A stretch of 64,000 nucleotides of DNA from Bacteroidota bacterium (GCA_017858735.1 JAFMBH010000007.1:7223-71222); one strand, 5' to 3'. Counted from the stretch's first letter, positions 35,791 to 46,090 are shown. Program-made: numbers and translations. The notes: generated by a model from the sequence alone, not told the origin.

Positions 35791-36813
35791 TTATTTATTT
35801 AATCGTACCAATCCATCTTTTGCATCTTTGTAATCAGGGGCTAATCGAAGGGCTAGCTGGTAATGTTTTTTCGCTTTTTCATTATCTCCTAACCATTCAG
35901 CACTTAATCCGCAATAAAATTGGCCTTCAATGAGGAGTGGATTCAACGAAATGGCCTGGTCAAACTGGCTTGCTGCCTGTTCAATGGAATCTACATCAAG
36001 AAAGATTAAGCCTGCATTGAAAAAGGGATCTGCATTTTCGGGTTCAATACTTTGCAATTTCTTGAAAATACGAAGAGCGGATAGTAGATCATTATTTTTA
36101 GCCAGAAAATTAGCCTTGGCCATTAAGGCCTGTTTATTGGAAGGATTCCTCTGGAGGGCTGTCTCATAGTATTTTTTTGCTATAGTATTTCCCTTCGCCT
36201 CTTGAAGCTGACCTAAAATAATCCATGCATCTTCAATGTCCGCATCCCCTTCTATCGCCTCCTGTAAACTATTTATGGCTCTGGCGGTATCACCTGTTTC
36301 TTTGAAAAATATACCCGTTAAAAAAGCGGTTTCCGGCATACCCTCTCCAATATTTCTTGCTTTTTCCAACGATTTGAATCCTTCGTTATATTGTTTTAGA
36401 ATAAGCTGAAGTTTGGCAAGATGCCTCATGGTTGGTGCTGAACTGGGAAATTTTTCCCCAGCTTTTATTAAAATTTGAAGTGCTTCATAAGATTTAAAAT
36501 AGGCCAAATAGGTGTCAGATAGCTTATGAAGGGCTTTCGGATGGGTTGAATCTAATTTCCACGCTTGCATAAAATCAAGAACTGCCTCCTCAAATTTTTC
36601 ATTTTCAAGGTAAAAACTACCTCTGACAAGGTATAAACTATCTTCGTCAGGGGTATTTCCGATAGCCTCGTTCATGTTTTTAAGGGTATAGTCAAAATTA
36701 GACAGAGATACTTCGTCAAATGGCTTATCTTTATTTTTACAACCATATAAAAATAATATAGCCAGTAAAATAAACTTGCTTAGGCCTTTTTCCATTTTAA
36801 CTATATTGAACAT
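35791..36813 (-). CDS. TPR repeat lipoprotein
   Basis: The 340-aa ORF has the lipobox LFLYGC and multiple TPR units (A...Y..AL...P....A). The start may instead be the internal ATG at 36795 (MEKGLSKFILLAILFLYGC). Confidence 0.8.
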   Translation of the reverse strand: MFNIVKMEKGLSKFILLAILFLYGCKNKDKPFDEVSLSNFDYTLKNMNEAIGNTPDEDSLYLVRGSFYLENEKFEEAVLDFMQAWKLDSTHPKALHKLSDTYLAYFKSYEALQILIKAGEKFPSSAPTMRHLAKLQLILKQYNEGFKSLEKARNIGEGMPETAFLTGIFFKETGDTARAINSLQEAIEGDADIEDAWIILGQLQEAKGNTIAKKYYETALQRNPSNKQALMAKANFLAKNNDLLSALRIFKKLQSIEPENADPFFNAGLIFLDVDSIEQAASQFDQAISLNPLLIEGQFYCGLSAEWLGDNEKAKKHYQLALRLAPDYKDAKDGLVRLNK

Positions 36814-36829
36814 TGAATTAAATTAAATT

Positions 36830-38485
36830 ATGGACAGCAAATTACAGCAATTTTTAAGATTTATATCTGTTATCACACTGATCCTATGTATAAAATATAA
36901 TTCAGCCACCGCACAGGTTCTTGATATACCTTATCAAATGTCTATCAAAGGGGACATTGAGGTGATGTCGTTTTTTAAAAATACGGGTGGCGACACACTG
37001 ATGGCGGGTAATTACAGAGGTTCCTGGAATGATATGAATAGGGTGTGGACGTCGGCTGGCGAAAATGATCTGTTTTTAGGCAAATGGATGCAAGGTCGGT
37101 TCAAGGTCTTACTCTCTTGGGGAGGTGCGAGAAATGATGTTTTGTTCGATGCAAAAAATCTGGCAAATGGTGATATTATTTTGTCGGGAAGTTTTACAGA
37201 ACGAATACAGATAAACGAAAAAATATTTACAACAGAGGGAAATTCAAAAGCTATTTTTATAGCCAGAATAAATGAGAACGGTGACTTATTATGGATCTCT
37301 CTTTTTCAAGGTAGTAGCTGGCAAGATTGGGGTCAAATGCACTTGGACGAAGCTGCTAATGAACTTATTTTATGTGGAAGTTTTCAAGATAATATAACTT
37401 TTGATAATGGTCAAACCCTTTATGGTACAGGTGAATCATCGGTTTTTACAGGAATATTTTCTCTGAATACAGGAAAAGTAAAACAATTGAAGGCTTTTTC
37501 AGGTAGCTTCCCAAACAATCAAATGCAAGCCATTTCTTTATTTGTACGCGGAAATTCAATAGGTATTGGAGGTAATTTTGATCGAGATGTTTTAGTCGAT
37601 TCACTATCTGTTGAAGCTTCAACCCGCGATTGGGATGTTTTCTTAGTGTATCTGCGAAGAGAGGATTTAAGGGCAGAAAAACTGGTAAAATTTGGGGGTG
37701 TTTATGAGCAAAGATTACTTACCTCCTTTATGGATGTTAAAAGTGGTGATATTTATCTGTCCGGTTCTCTTGCGGGGGTAATGAAAATAGGGGAGAATAC
37801 AACCTTACAATCACAAGACGGATTATCAGATATTTTTTTATTAAAAATAGCTTTTGGAGGAAATGTACAATGGGCTACCACGTTAGGTGGTGAGAATGTC
37901 CAGGCTCCTTTAGCTGTTTACAAAACCGACGGAAATGTTTGGTTAAGCGGTTATTCTTTAGGGAAACTACGTTGGCAGGGTGCCTCTACGGAGACATTTT
38001 CATCCTTTCATTCCTTTATTTCAACGTGGACTTCAGAAGACGGAAAGCCTCAGAATATGTTAACATTTTCGGGGGACGGAACTGCCTTCCCTTCGCAGTT
38101 CAGGCAATTTGACGGTCGTTTTTTGCTATTTTCCGGGGCCTATCGCGGGAAAGTATCCATAGCAAACATCAATTTACCTTTTTCTTCTAACTATAGTGGG
38201 TTTTTGGGTATTATCCCTTTAACGGTCACCCGACTTGCAGAGAAATGGGAGGTTCCCCCATTTAATTTATTCCCAAATCCAGGAGATGGTCGTTTTTATT
38301 TAAATGGTATTTCAGAAAATGGCGAGGTTTCTGTTTGGTTTGGCGAAAAAAATGTTTTTAGAGGATTTATTAATAAGAGGGATAATTTTGTCTCTTTGCC
38401 CTTTACATTGCCAAAAGGAACCTATCTTGTGGTTGTTACCCTTTCAAATGGTAGCACACAAACTAAGATGTACCTAAAAATTTGA
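36830..38485 (+). CDS. Secreted beta-propeller (SBBP-like repeat) protein with T9SS C-terminal sorting domain
   Basis: The 551-aa ORF has a signal peptide and ~7 repeats of the form G.I.LSGSF.......G......DIFL.K....G...W. The C-terminus is FNLFPNPGDGRFYL...GTYLVVVTLSNGSTQTKMYLKI. Confidence 0.7.
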   Translation: MDSKLQQFLRFISVITLILCIKYNSATAQVLDIPYQMSIKGDIEVMSFFKNTGGDTLMAGNYRGSWNDMNRVWTSAGENDLFLGKWMQGRFKVLLSWGGARNDVLFDAKNLANGDIILSGSFTERIQINEKIFTTEGNSKAIFIARINENGDLLWISLFQGSSWQDWGQMHLDEAANELILCGSFQDNITFDNGQTLYGTGESSVFTGIFSLNTGKVKQLKAFSGSFPNNQMQAISLFVRGNSIGIGGNFDRDVLVDSLSVEASTRDWDVFLVYLRREDLRAEKLVKFGGVYEQRLLTSFMDVKSGDIYLSGSLAGVMKIGENTTLQSQDGLSDIFLLKIAFGGNVQWATTLGGENVQAPLAVYKTDGNVWLSGYSLGKLRWQGASTETFSSFHSFISTWTSEDGKPQNMLTFSGDGTAFPSQFRQFDGRFLLFSGAYRGKVSIANINLPFSSNYSGFLGIIPLTVTRLAEKWEVPPFNLFPNPGDGRFYLNGISENGEVSVWFGEKNVFRGFINKRDNFVSLPFTLPKGTYLVVVTLSNGSTQTKMYLKI

Positions 38486-38666
38486 AAATGTTTATTCTAA
38501 GGGTTAATGCGTTTAAGCAAGGCTTGAAATAAGTTGAATTTTTTTAGGTATTTTATCTAAAAAAGGATGATTTTAGATAGAATATTGATTTAAAAAATTA
38601 ATCTTTCATAAATTATGGCATAATTCAAAAGATATCGATTATTTTTGTCGTTATTATTAAAAACAA

Positions 38667-39191
38667 ATGACGATGATCAGAATATTTTTGTTTTCCCTAC
38701 TTATAGTTTCCTCTGTTGGACTAAACGCTCAGCGTTATGGACACATGAACTTCAATGCTTTTTTGACTTCATTAACGGACACCCGCAAGGCAGACATTGA
38801 TTTGGAGGAATACCAAAACACCCTGGTAGCTGAGGTACAGGCTATGGCTGAGAAATTTAAAAATAATTATATTGCCTTTATGAAGGAGCAGCAATCTGGT
38901 AATCTTGCCCCAATAAAGGAAAAAGAGCAACAGGAGTTACTTCAAAAAGAGCAAGAAGTAATTCAGGCTTTTGAGCAACAAATACAGCAGAAACTACAGA
39001 TAAAAAGAGAGGAACTGTTAAAACCTATTGTGGACAAAATAACGGCAAAAATTAAAGAGGTTTGTACAGAAAACAAATTCGTTATGGTTTTTGATACGAG
39101 TTCTTTTAATGCTCTTTTGTTTACCCCTGATTCAGAAGATATTACAGCGCTTGTAAGAACAAAAATGTTGGTTGTTCCTGCAACGAAATAA
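38667..39191 (+). CDS. OmpH/Skp family periplasmic chaperone
   Basis: The 174-aa ORF has a signal peptide and a Q/E/K-rich coiled-coil core (QQELLQKEQEVIQAFEQQIQQKLQIKREELLKPI). Size and composition are typical of OmpH. Confidence 0.8.
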   Translation: MTMIRIFLFSLLIVSSVGLNAQRYGHMNFNAFLTSLTDTRKADIDLEEYQNTLVAEVQAMAEKFKNNYIAFMKEQQSGNLAPIKEKEQQELLQKEQEVIQAFEQQIQQKLQIKREELLKPIVDKITAKIKEVCTENKFVMVFDTSSFNALLFTPDSEDITALVRTKMLVVPATK

Positions 39192-39214
39192 TAAAATTAT
39201 ACTTTAAGAAATAC

Positions 39215-39251
39215 AAAAAAGGGCGAAATGGATTTCATTTCGCCCTTTTTT
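39215..39251. terminator. Bidirectional rho-independent terminator
   Basis: A perfect 10-bp GC-rich stem, gggcgaaatg (39221-39230) with catttcgccc (39236-39245), encloses a 5-nt loop. It is flanked by AAAAAA (39215-39220) and TTTTTT (39246-39251) and sits between convergent genes ending at 39191 and 39290. Confidence 0.85.
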
Positions 39252-39289
39252 GTTCGTATCAGCGTGATTTTTTAAAAAATCAGGTTATG

Positions 39290-39907
39290 TTAATTTATTT
39301 TGACCATTAAGTTCTTATAATTAACCTTGCTATTGGGGTCATGGCCTTGAATAGCAATGGTTCCACTACTTAAAATTCTTTGAAGTTGTCCTTCTTTTCT
39401 CAGAGGTGTTTTAGGTTCGGTATAATCAACGATAGTAACGCCATTTATTTGAGTTATGATTCGTTTTCCCTTAACGGTTACATGTAGTTCAAACCATTCA
39501 TTGTCAGGGGTATTTACTTCAGCAACATCCACTATATTGTATAGACTTGCCGTTCTCCTCCAGTCACTTTGGGAATTATTAACTTGTATTTCATACCCTT
39601 TTGCCGGCCATGCTTTTTCCAAAAACTCGGTATGAATATAAAGACCAGAATTTGCTTGAGGAAAAGTCATAATCTGCACCTTTAATTCAAAATCTTTAAA
39701 ATTATGATTTGCAAGAGGCCCGTCGTAAAAAAGGTGAGCTCTGGGGCCATGAACGGTTAAGGCTCCTTCTGTAAGATTGAAAGTTTCAGGATTTTCGCTT
39801 GCTTTCCATGCTTTTAAATGTTCACCTTCGAACAACTTTACCCACTGGGCATTCATCGTCATATTTACACTGAATACGATCCAGAGGAGGAGCATTATTT
39901 TTTTCAT
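39290..39907 (-). CDS. DUF1080 domain-containing protein (3-keto-disaccharide hydrolase-like)
   Basis: The 205-aa ORF has a signal peptide. The blocks WKASENPETF..EGALTVHG, FKDFELKVQ....ANSGLYIH, GYEIQV, WFELHVTVKG..I...NGV and GTIAIQGHD..SKVNYKNL fit DUF1080. Confidence 0.8.
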   Translation of the reverse strand: MKKIMLLLWIVFSVNMTMNAQWVKLFEGEHLKAWKASENPETFNLTEGALTVHGPRAHLFYDGPLANHNFKDFELKVQIMTFPQANSGLYIHTEFLEKAWPAKGYEIQVNNSQSDWRRTASLYNIVDVAEVNTPDNEWFELHVTVKGKRIITQINGVTIVDYTEPKTPLRKEGQLQRILSSGTIAIQGHDPNSKVNYKNLMVKIN

Positions 39908-39999
39908 TTTTTGCTTTTTAGGTTATTAAGTTACTAAATATAATTCTTTTGGATTAAAATAAGGTGAAATCATTCAATTATATTGGTAAAACAACAACA

Positions 40000-40038
40000 G
40001 GGATATAAAACACGACGTAAATCTATGTTTTATATCCC
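40000..40038 (-). terminator. Perfect 13-bp-stem hairpin downstream of the zinc-ribbon gene (candidate terminator)
   Basis: The stem gggatataaaaca (40000-40012) pairs with tgttttatatccc (40026-40038), with a 13-nt loop. On the minus strand it is followed by a U-rich tgttgttgtttt. Confidence 0.5.
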
Positions 40039-40068
40039 TGTCAGGAAAACTATAAATAGATAAAAAAC

Positions 40069-40833
40069 TTAAGCTTTAGCGCTGGCTTCTTTAGAATTCA
40101 TTTCTACGGTGAACTCATCTACTAAAATTCTGCCACAATGCTCACAAGCCATAATATTTTTACAAGTAAAAATCTCTAGTTTCACCTGTGGTGGAATTTT
40201 ATTGAAACAACCTCCACAGGAATCTCTTTGAATAGTTACTACAGCGAGACCATTTCTATAGGATTTTCTTATTTTGTCATAAGACTTTAACAATCTTTCT
40301 TCGATACCATTTCTAGCTTTAACAGAGCGTTTACGAAGAGCATTTTCTTCGTCATTTGTTTTAGCTATAATGTCGTCGAGTTCAATTTTTTTCTGCTCTA
40401 ATTCCTTTTGTTTTACATCTCTTTTTGAAATGCTGGTGGTCAGGGCTTCTTTTTTATTTTCAATTTCGATGACAACATTCTTTTTTCTTCTTTCAGATAG
40501 CTGAATTTCAAGTTTTTGAAGTTCTAACTCTTTGGTAAGGGCTTCAAATTCTCTATTATTTTTTACGTTATCAAGCTGCGTTTGGTAGCGGGCAATCAAA
40601 CTTTCAGATTCTTTTATTGAGGCATCATATTGAGCTGCATTGCGAACATGCTCTTCTACAATGGTCTTTGCTTTTTCGATACGCGTATCAAGGCCGACGA
40701 TTTCATCTTCCAAGTCGCTTACCTCTATGGGTAATTCGCCTCTAAGTACGGCAATCTGGTCTATTTTAGAGTCTATTTGTTGAAGCTCGTAGAGCATTTT
40801 CAACTTTTCAGCTACTGTTTTTTCAACGGCCAT
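40069..40833 (-). CDS. Zinc-ribbon domain protein (COG1579/DUF164-type coiled coil)
   Basis: The 254-aa ORF has a long coiled coil, then CGGCFNKIPPQ...CEHCGRIL. It lies directly downstream of a Nif3-family gene, the usual pairing. Confidence 0.8.
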   Translation of the reverse strand: MAVEKTVAEKLKMLYELQQIDSKIDQIAVLRGELPIEVSDLEDEIVGLDTRIEKAKTIVEEHVRNAAQYDASIKESESLIARYQTQLDNVKNNREFEALTKELELQKLEIQLSERRKKNVVIEIENKKEALTTSISKRDVKQKELEQKKIELDDIIAKTNDEENALRKRSVKARNGIEERLLKSYDKIRKSYRNGLAVVTIQRDSCGGCFNKIPPQVKLEIFTCKNIMACEHCGRILVDEFTVEMNSKEASAKA

Positions 40834-40861
40834 GTTGGGCAGGTTTATGATAGATTCGAAA

Positions 40862-41887
40862 TTATTGGTGATAATACACCGGATTGGTAACTACGGTTGT
40901 TGACCGAGTGGCAAAATTAGTAAATTTTTCAGAAATAATTTGCTTTATTAAGTTAATGGCACATACTTCTGATTCATAATGACCAATATCGGCGATTATA
41001 ATTTTATTATTTGCCTCCTGAAACTGGTGGTATTTGTAATCGGAAGTAACAAATATATCAGCTTGTGCCCGAATAGCGTCAGGTAATAAAAAGCTCCCAC
41101 TCCCGCCACAGATTGCTACCTTATGAATTTTATCCTTGCAAAGAAAAGTATGTTTAATAACTTTGAGAGATAATACGTTTTTTAATAAATCTAAGAAATC
41201 AACAGGGGATATTGGCTGATCGAGATATCCAACCATACCTGCACCAACCAGGTGAGAAGTATTTTTTACCTCTGTAATTTCTTTAAAAGGATTTTTTCCT
41301 GTGGATGAATCAATCATTTGACATGCTTCGGAAAGTTGATGATTAAGAAGAACCATTGACAATTTACCTTCTGACATATTTACTATTCCGGCCTGATAAG
41401 AAAAAGAATGAGGCTTCAGTAAATTTAATTGAGGCAGTATTGTATTTGCTTCATTCTCTGAAAGGACACATTGAAGCTGTGATAACAAGCCCTGTTTTTC
41501 TTGCAGAATGGATCTATTATTAAGCCCTATGATTTTCGCTAAAGTTTCATTTATGCCTCTGTGATAGGCGTTATCCAGATTGGTATGAATAACATAAATA
41601 GCGATGTCATTTTTTATGGCTTTAAGAAGAATATTTTCAACAAAACCTCCTTGTGATAATTTTTTTAATGGCTTAAAAATGATAGGGTGGTGCGAAACGA
41701 TCAAATTGGCTCCATTTTGAATCGTTTCATTAATAACTTCGAGGGTCACGTCCAGGCAGGTCGTAATACCCGTTATGACGGTTTGATGGTCGCCAACTAA
41801 TAGCCCACAATTATCATAATCTTCCTGCCAGCTTAAAGGAGCATGGGAAGAAAGAACACGAATAACATCTTGTATTTTAGTTTGCAT
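40862..41887 (-). CDS. Nif3-like dinuclear metal centre protein (GTP cyclohydrolase 1 type 2 homolog)
   Basis: The 341-aa ORF has WQEDYDNCGLLVGD, IVSHHPIIF, YVIHTNLD and a C-terminal TSDYKYHQF...ADIGHYESE. Confidence 0.85.
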   Translation of the reverse strand: MQTKIQDVIRVLSSHAPLSWQEDYDNCGLLVGDHQTVITGITTCLDVTLEVINETIQNGANLIVSHHPIIFKPLKKLSQGGFVENILLKAIKNDIAIYVIHTNLDNAYHRGINETLAKIIGLNNRSILQEKQGLLSQLQCVLSENEANTILPQLNLLKPHSFSYQAGIVNMSEGKLSMVLLNHQLSEACQMIDSSTGKNPFKEITEVKNTSHLVGAGMVGYLDQPISPVDFLDLLKNVLSLKVIKHTFLCKDKIHKVAICGGSGSFLLPDAIRAQADIFVTSDYKYHQFQEANNKIIIADIGHYESEVCAINLIKQIISEKFTNFATRSTTVVTNPVYYHQ

Positions 41888-42389
41888 CCGGGGTATTTTT
41901 TTTAATCATAAAATCGGCAATTTTTGTGGTCGATATATCGGGTAACAGAGGAATTCGCACCACTTCGCCCTTATTTTCCAAAACAAAAGCTGCACCAACT
42001 ATATTTTCAATGGAATAATCGCTGCCTTTTGCGAGAACATCAGGGATAATGGTCCGAATTAAATGTTCAGGGTTTAATTCAGAGAAGGGAATGACCAGAT
42101 CGACGGCTTGAAGGGAGGCCAAAACAAAAGCCCTTGAACTGAAATTGTTAAATGGCCGGTTTTTTCCTTTTAATTTATGTACAGAGGAATCGTCATTCAG
42201 GCCAACAATTAGTTTTGTTCCATACTTAGCAGCATAGGCTAATGAATGGGCGTGCCCGGCATGGAAAAGATCGAAACACCCGTTGGTAAATACTATTTTT
42301 TCTTTGTTTTTCTTCCAGGTGGAAATAATGTCGAGCGCATCTTCCAAATGGGTCATTATTTTATTTTCAATGTTTTCCTTTACATTCAT
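41877..42389 (-). CDS. RfaE domain II-like cytidylyltransferase-fold enzyme (D-glycero-beta-D-manno-heptose 1-phosphate adenylyltransferase-like)
   Basis: The 170-aa ORF has IVFTNGCFDLFHAGH (HxGH) and GLNDDSSV..LKG..RP, with the size of an RfaE C-terminal domain. It overlaps the Nif3 gene by 11 nt. Confidence 0.78.
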   Translation of the reverse strand: MNVKENIENKIMTHLEDALDIISTWKKNKEKIVFTNGCFDLFHAGHAHSLAYAAKYGTKLIVGLNDDSSVHKLKGKNRPFNNFSSRAFVLASLQAVDLVIPFSELNPEHLIRTIIPDVLAKGSDYSIENIVGAAFVLENKGEVVRIPLLPDISTTKIADFMIKKNTPDAN

Positions 42390-42391
42390 TT

Positions 42392-43486
42392 TTATAAGGT
42401 GACCGTTGGCTTATAACCTCTATTTATTAGGGGAAGGCAGATGAGCGAAATAGCACCGAACAGCAGAGTACCTCCAATTTGAATAGTGAAAAAGGAAATA
42501 TTAGCCCATGAAAAACCATCTTCAAGGCTAATACCATACACGGCAAGGCCAATTTGGGTCATAAAATGGTAGGTTCCCATCCCGCCCGGAGAAGGTACTA
42601 CAATGCCCCAACCACCCAGTATAAAAACAAATAATGCAGCCGATACTGTCAAATTTTCTGTAACGTGGAAGGAAAGCAGGGTAAGGTATGTCATTAAAAA
42701 ATACATAGTCCAAATGATGACAGTATGTAACAAAAACCTACGTTTACTGGGAATTTCTTTTATGCTTTTTAGCCCACTGACAAAACCGTCGAAGAGATGT
42801 CGGATGGTATTAAAAATAGACCAGGTACTCATTTTTTTTCTAAATTTCCAGGCTAACAAAGTCATTATAATCATTGCTGAAAGTAAGAAAACAACTAAGC
42901 CCATTTTCTCCCCAAAGCGTTCATTGGGATTAATATATTTTATGGCGATGGCTGAAATTTTATCAAATTCGATGATAAACCCTAGTAAGGTAATGGCTAA
43001 AATCATGAAAAGATCAGCAATTCTGTCCACGACAATAGTACCAATAGCTTTTTCTACAGGGATTCTCTCATATTTGGCGATAGATCCGGCTCTGGCAACT
43101 TCTCCAAATCGGGGAAGGGCTAAATTTGCAAGATAGCCAACTATGGTAGTGAAAAACGCATTGCTCAATTTTGGGTGATACCCCATGGGGTGTAACAGCA
43201 TTTTCCAACGTATGGCTCTGCTAAGATTTGAAATGCCGTAACAAAAAAGGCTTGCGTAAATCCAAAGATAATTGACCCCAGAGAAATCATTTTTCAATTT
43301 ATCCCAAAGGCTACATTGAGCGGCTGGAATATTTTTTAATGCACAATCTTCCAGATAGGCCTGCTGTTGATTATTATACAAAAGCCAAAGCAAAAGGAAT
43401 CCAAAAGCGAAAAAAAGGACCAATTGCAGACCGGTCAACAATGTCTTTTTCATACAAAACGGGTATCTTAAATTGGCTATTGACAA
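42392..43486 (-). CDS. Lysylphosphatidylglycerol-synthase-TM-region (UPF0104, flippase-like) membrane protein
   Basis: The 364-aa ORF is a polytopic membrane protein. RAIRWKMLL and GYLANLALPRFGEVARA blocks are typical of UPF0104. Confidence 0.72.
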   Translation of the reverse strand: MSIANLRYPFCMKKTLLTGLQLVLFFAFGFLLLWLLYNNQQQAYLEDCALKNIPAAQCSLWDKLKNDFSGVNYLWIYASLFCYGISNLSRAIRWKMLLHPMGYHPKLSNAFFTTIVGYLANLALPRFGEVARAGSIAKYERIPVEKAIGTIVVDRIADLFMILAITLLGFIIEFDKISAIAIKYINPNERFGEKMGLVVFLLSAMIIMTLLAWKFRKKMSTWSIFNTIRHLFDGFVSGLKSIKEIPSKRRFLLHTVIIWTMYFLMTYLTLLSFHVTENLTVSAALFVFILGGWGIVVPSPGGMGTYHFMTQIGLAVYGISLEDGFSWANISFFTIQIGGTLLFGAISLICLPLINRGYKPTVTL

Positions 43487-43569
43487 CAGACAAAAGGCAA
43501 ATATAATGGAATAGCTAAAAGGAAGGCATTGTTATGTTGTTATTTTTCCTATTTGTCGTAAAATTTTCG

Positions 43570-43577
43570 TACTTTTG
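43570..43577 (+). promoter_or_regulatory. Candidate -7 box (TACTTTTG) upstream of the glycogen-synthase-like gene
   Basis: TACTTTTG matches TAnnTTTG and sits 49 nt upstream of the ATG at 43627. A TTG at 43553-43555 is closer than the usual -33 spacing. Confidence 0.3.
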
Positions 43578-43626
43578 TAAATTATTTTGGAAATCTTCCC
43601 TAATAGAATAGTACAAAAGTAAGTCA

Positions 43627-44445
43627 ATGGGTAAAATAAAAGTCTTGATTGTAACCCAAGAAATGGAACCTTATACACTTGGTTCTGAAATTGCCAAACT
43701 TTCCAGGAAGTTGCCGCAATACCTTCAGGAAAAGGGGATGGAGGTAAGGGTTTTAATGCCTAAATTTGGATGTATTAATGAGCGCAGACATAGATTACAT
43801 GAAGTAGTCCGCTTATCTGGTATGAATATTATCGTTGATGATGATGATTTTCCATTGATTATAAAAGTTGCCTCCCTTCCGGATATCCGAATGCAGGTAT
43901 ATTTTTTAGATAATGACGATTTCTTCAAGGGCAGGGAAATTTTCCACGATGTAAAAGAAGTTGAATATGATGATAACTCTGACAGAATGATTTTCTTCTG
44001 TAAAGGGGTCATTGAAACGGTAAGGAAATTTGGTTGGTCACCTGATATCGTTCATTGCCAGGGATGGATGACCAGTCTGGTTCCATTTTACCTTAAAACT
44101 GCTTACAAAAATGACCCTCTGTTCAGTAAAGTGAAGGTGATTTATTCAGTATTTAAAGATACCTTAGAGAAATCATTTGACACTAAATTTTTTACAAAGG
44201 CAAGTATCAATAATTTGCAAGAGGCTGATCTTTCGGCTTTTCGCTACGGTGATGATATTGTTTTGCATCAGGGGGCAATAGTTTACGCTGATGCTGTAAT
44301 TCAAGCGGAGGAATTGCTTAATGAGTTTCTTCAAAGTGCCATTGACGAAATTAAGGATAAGCCTTTGTTAAAAATGGAAGGAGAGGATTTATTTTCAGGT
44401 ATTCCTGATTTTTATAGGTCAATTCTTCTGGAGGAAGAAAATTAG
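43627..44445 (+). CDS. Short glycogen/starch synthase-like protein (GT5 N-terminal domain only)
   Basis: The 272-aa ORF has KVLIVTQEMEPY, PKFG and DIVHCQGWMTSL. It is the ~270-aa form conserved in Bacteroidota upstream of DUF4270. Confidence 0.75.
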   Translation: MGKIKVLIVTQEMEPYTLGSEIAKLSRKLPQYLQEKGMEVRVLMPKFGCINERRHRLHEVVRLSGMNIIVDDDDFPLIIKVASLPDIRMQVYFLDNDDFFKGREIFHDVKEVEYDDNSDRMIFFCKGVIETVRKFGWSPDIVHCQGWMTSLVPFYLKTAYKNDPLFSKVKVIYSVFKDTLEKSFDTKFFTKASINNLQEADLSAFRYGDDIVLHQGAIVYADAVIQAEELLNEFLQSAIDEIKDKPLLKMEGEDLFSGIPDFYRSILLEEEN

Positions 44446-44516
44446 ATCATTAAACAACCCTGAGTATCTTTTTTACCTCTTTTTTCCTATTAACGAATTG
44501 TATTAAGTTTAGTATT

Positions 44517-45854
44517 ATGAAATATTTCAGGGAATTTGCCCTCTTTTCAGTCTTTGCCCTTTTGTTAGGTGCTTGTAATGATTCTACTTCATTTGGCTTG
44601 GATCTTTTATCGGAAGATACTACAAAAGTTGGATTTTCAGATACCCTGCTTGTAGAGTCAACTACGGTATCAGGTGATTTAGTCGAAGTTTATTCTCCAT
44701 TCACTGCAGCAAGTGCCTATTTATGTGGACGTTTGAATGATCCTATTTTTGGTAAATCTGATGCTTCTATTTATATGCAGGTATTACCGCAACAAGGACT
44801 TTTTTATGATTTTAAGGGTAAGGAGGTTGATTCTATTGTTTGGGTGTTACCTTATGATACCACCGCTTTTTATGGAAATTTATCAGCGCCTATCACCTTT
44901 AATATTTATCCTTTGGCAGAGCAGATGGATAGGACAAATACCTACAATTCAAATACTAATTTTGCGACAGAAGCATTACCTATAGGCACTGTTACCGTTA
45001 CGCCAACTTTTGCATCCACCCAGGTTTTTGATTATCGCCAGGGAACCATTGATACCTTGAGATTTCCACAGATTAGAATACCTATAAATAAGACTACTTT
45101 TTTAAAGCCATTTGCTCAGGCTGATAGTACAAACTATATTTCTGATGCCGATTTCTTTAAACTTTTTAAGGGGGCCGTTCTGAAGCCTGCGGATAATGCA
45201 CAGTCTATAGTAGGAATAAATCTTCAAAGTAATTATGCGGGCTTATATTTTTATTTTAATGGTTCTACTACTCCGGGGCAATTTCAGTATGTGACCAACG
45301 GCTATTCTGCTAAATTATCTTCGTTTAGTCACGATTTATCGACGTCAAAACTTAAATCTACACTGGATAAACCTTTTTCAACGGATGCTTCGCCTATTTA
45401 TACCCAATCTATGGCTGGTGTTTTAGGTGCTATAAGAATTCCGGAAATTACCAAATTGAAAGGAAAAATAATCAATTTTGCAGAGTTGGAGCTGCATATT
45501 GAATCACTTAAAGAAGATAATACTACCTTTTTTCCACCAGCCTCGCAGATTATTTTGTTCTACAAAAATACGGCAGGAAATTATGTTGTTACCTCTGATG
45601 TATTGGTTGCTGGAGAAGAAGTTTTCAAGTTAGTCGGCGGAAATCCTTTATTCGCTGCTGACGGAAGTCCTGGTAAATACAGAGTCAATCTAAGTACGCA
45701 TTTAAATAGGATGGTAGATGGAAAAGTTCCTCCTGAAATTTTTATTCGCGTTTTTCCAAGAAGTGAACGTGCCGCAAGATCCGTATTTTATGGAGCCGGA
45801 CACCCTCAATATGGTGCTAAATTAAAGGTAACCTTTACTGAGCTTCCTAAATAG
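44517..45854 (+). CDS. DUF4270 domain-containing lipoprotein
   Basis: The 445-aa ORF has the lipobox LLLGAC. It sits in the conserved position after the short glycogen-synthase-like gene. The family call rests on context and size. Confidence 0.65.
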   Translation: MKYFREFALFSVFALLLGACNDSTSFGLDLLSEDTTKVGFSDTLLVESTTVSGDLVEVYSPFTAASAYLCGRLNDPIFGKSDASIYMQVLPQQGLFYDFKGKEVDSIVWVLPYDTTAFYGNLSAPITFNIYPLAEQMDRTNTYNSNTNFATEALPIGTVTVTPTFASTQVFDYRQGTIDTLRFPQIRIPINKTTFLKPFAQADSTNYISDADFFKLFKGAVLKPADNAQSIVGINLQSNYAGLYFYFNGSTTPGQFQYVTNGYSAKLSSFSHDLSTSKLKSTLDKPFSTDASPIYTQSMAGVLGAIRIPEITKLKGKIINFAELELHIESLKEDNTTFFPPASQIILFYKNTAGNYVVTSDVLVAGEEVFKLVGGNPLFAADGSPGKYRVNLSTHLNRMVDGKVPPEIFIRVFPRSERAARSVFYGAGHPQYGAKLKVTFTELPK

Positions 45855-45892
45855 GAGGTTTATATTATTATTACTCAAAATAAATCTTAAAA

Positions 45893-46090
45893 ATGCTTAA
45901 AGACGCTTTAAAAAAATTTACAATAACTGACATATTGTTGTTTATTTCTGCTTTTAGTTCCCTTATTTTTTCCGAGATCTTGTATTTCAATGGAGAAGAA
46001 AATGCAGCTATTTTCATTGGCCTTTGGGTGCCATCTATTTTAGCTTTTGGTATCTATTTAAAACTTATAACCAACCAAAAAAATGATTGA
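45893..46090 (+). CDS. Small two-TM membrane protein (65 aa)
   Basis: The ORF has two hydrophobic helices (ILLFISAFSSLIFSEILYF and AAIFIGLWVPSILAFGIYLKLI). I recognise no family. Confidence 0.45.
   Translation: MLKDALKKFTITDILLFISAFSSLIFSEILYFNGEENAAIFIGLWVPSILAFGIYLKLITNQKND

Noticed and set aside
38544-38569. The inverted repeat tatctaaaa/ttttagata after the SBBP/T9SS gene as a terminator.
   Set aside because: The stem is a pure A/T 9-bp pairing in very AT-rich spacer, so its stability is doubtful without a folding calculation.
42603-43136. A 177-aa plus-strand ORF inside the UPF0104 membrane-protein gene.
   Set aside because: It is nested antisense to a polytopic membrane protein gene. 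Hydrophobic codons read in reverse often stay open, and there is no supporting motif or start context.
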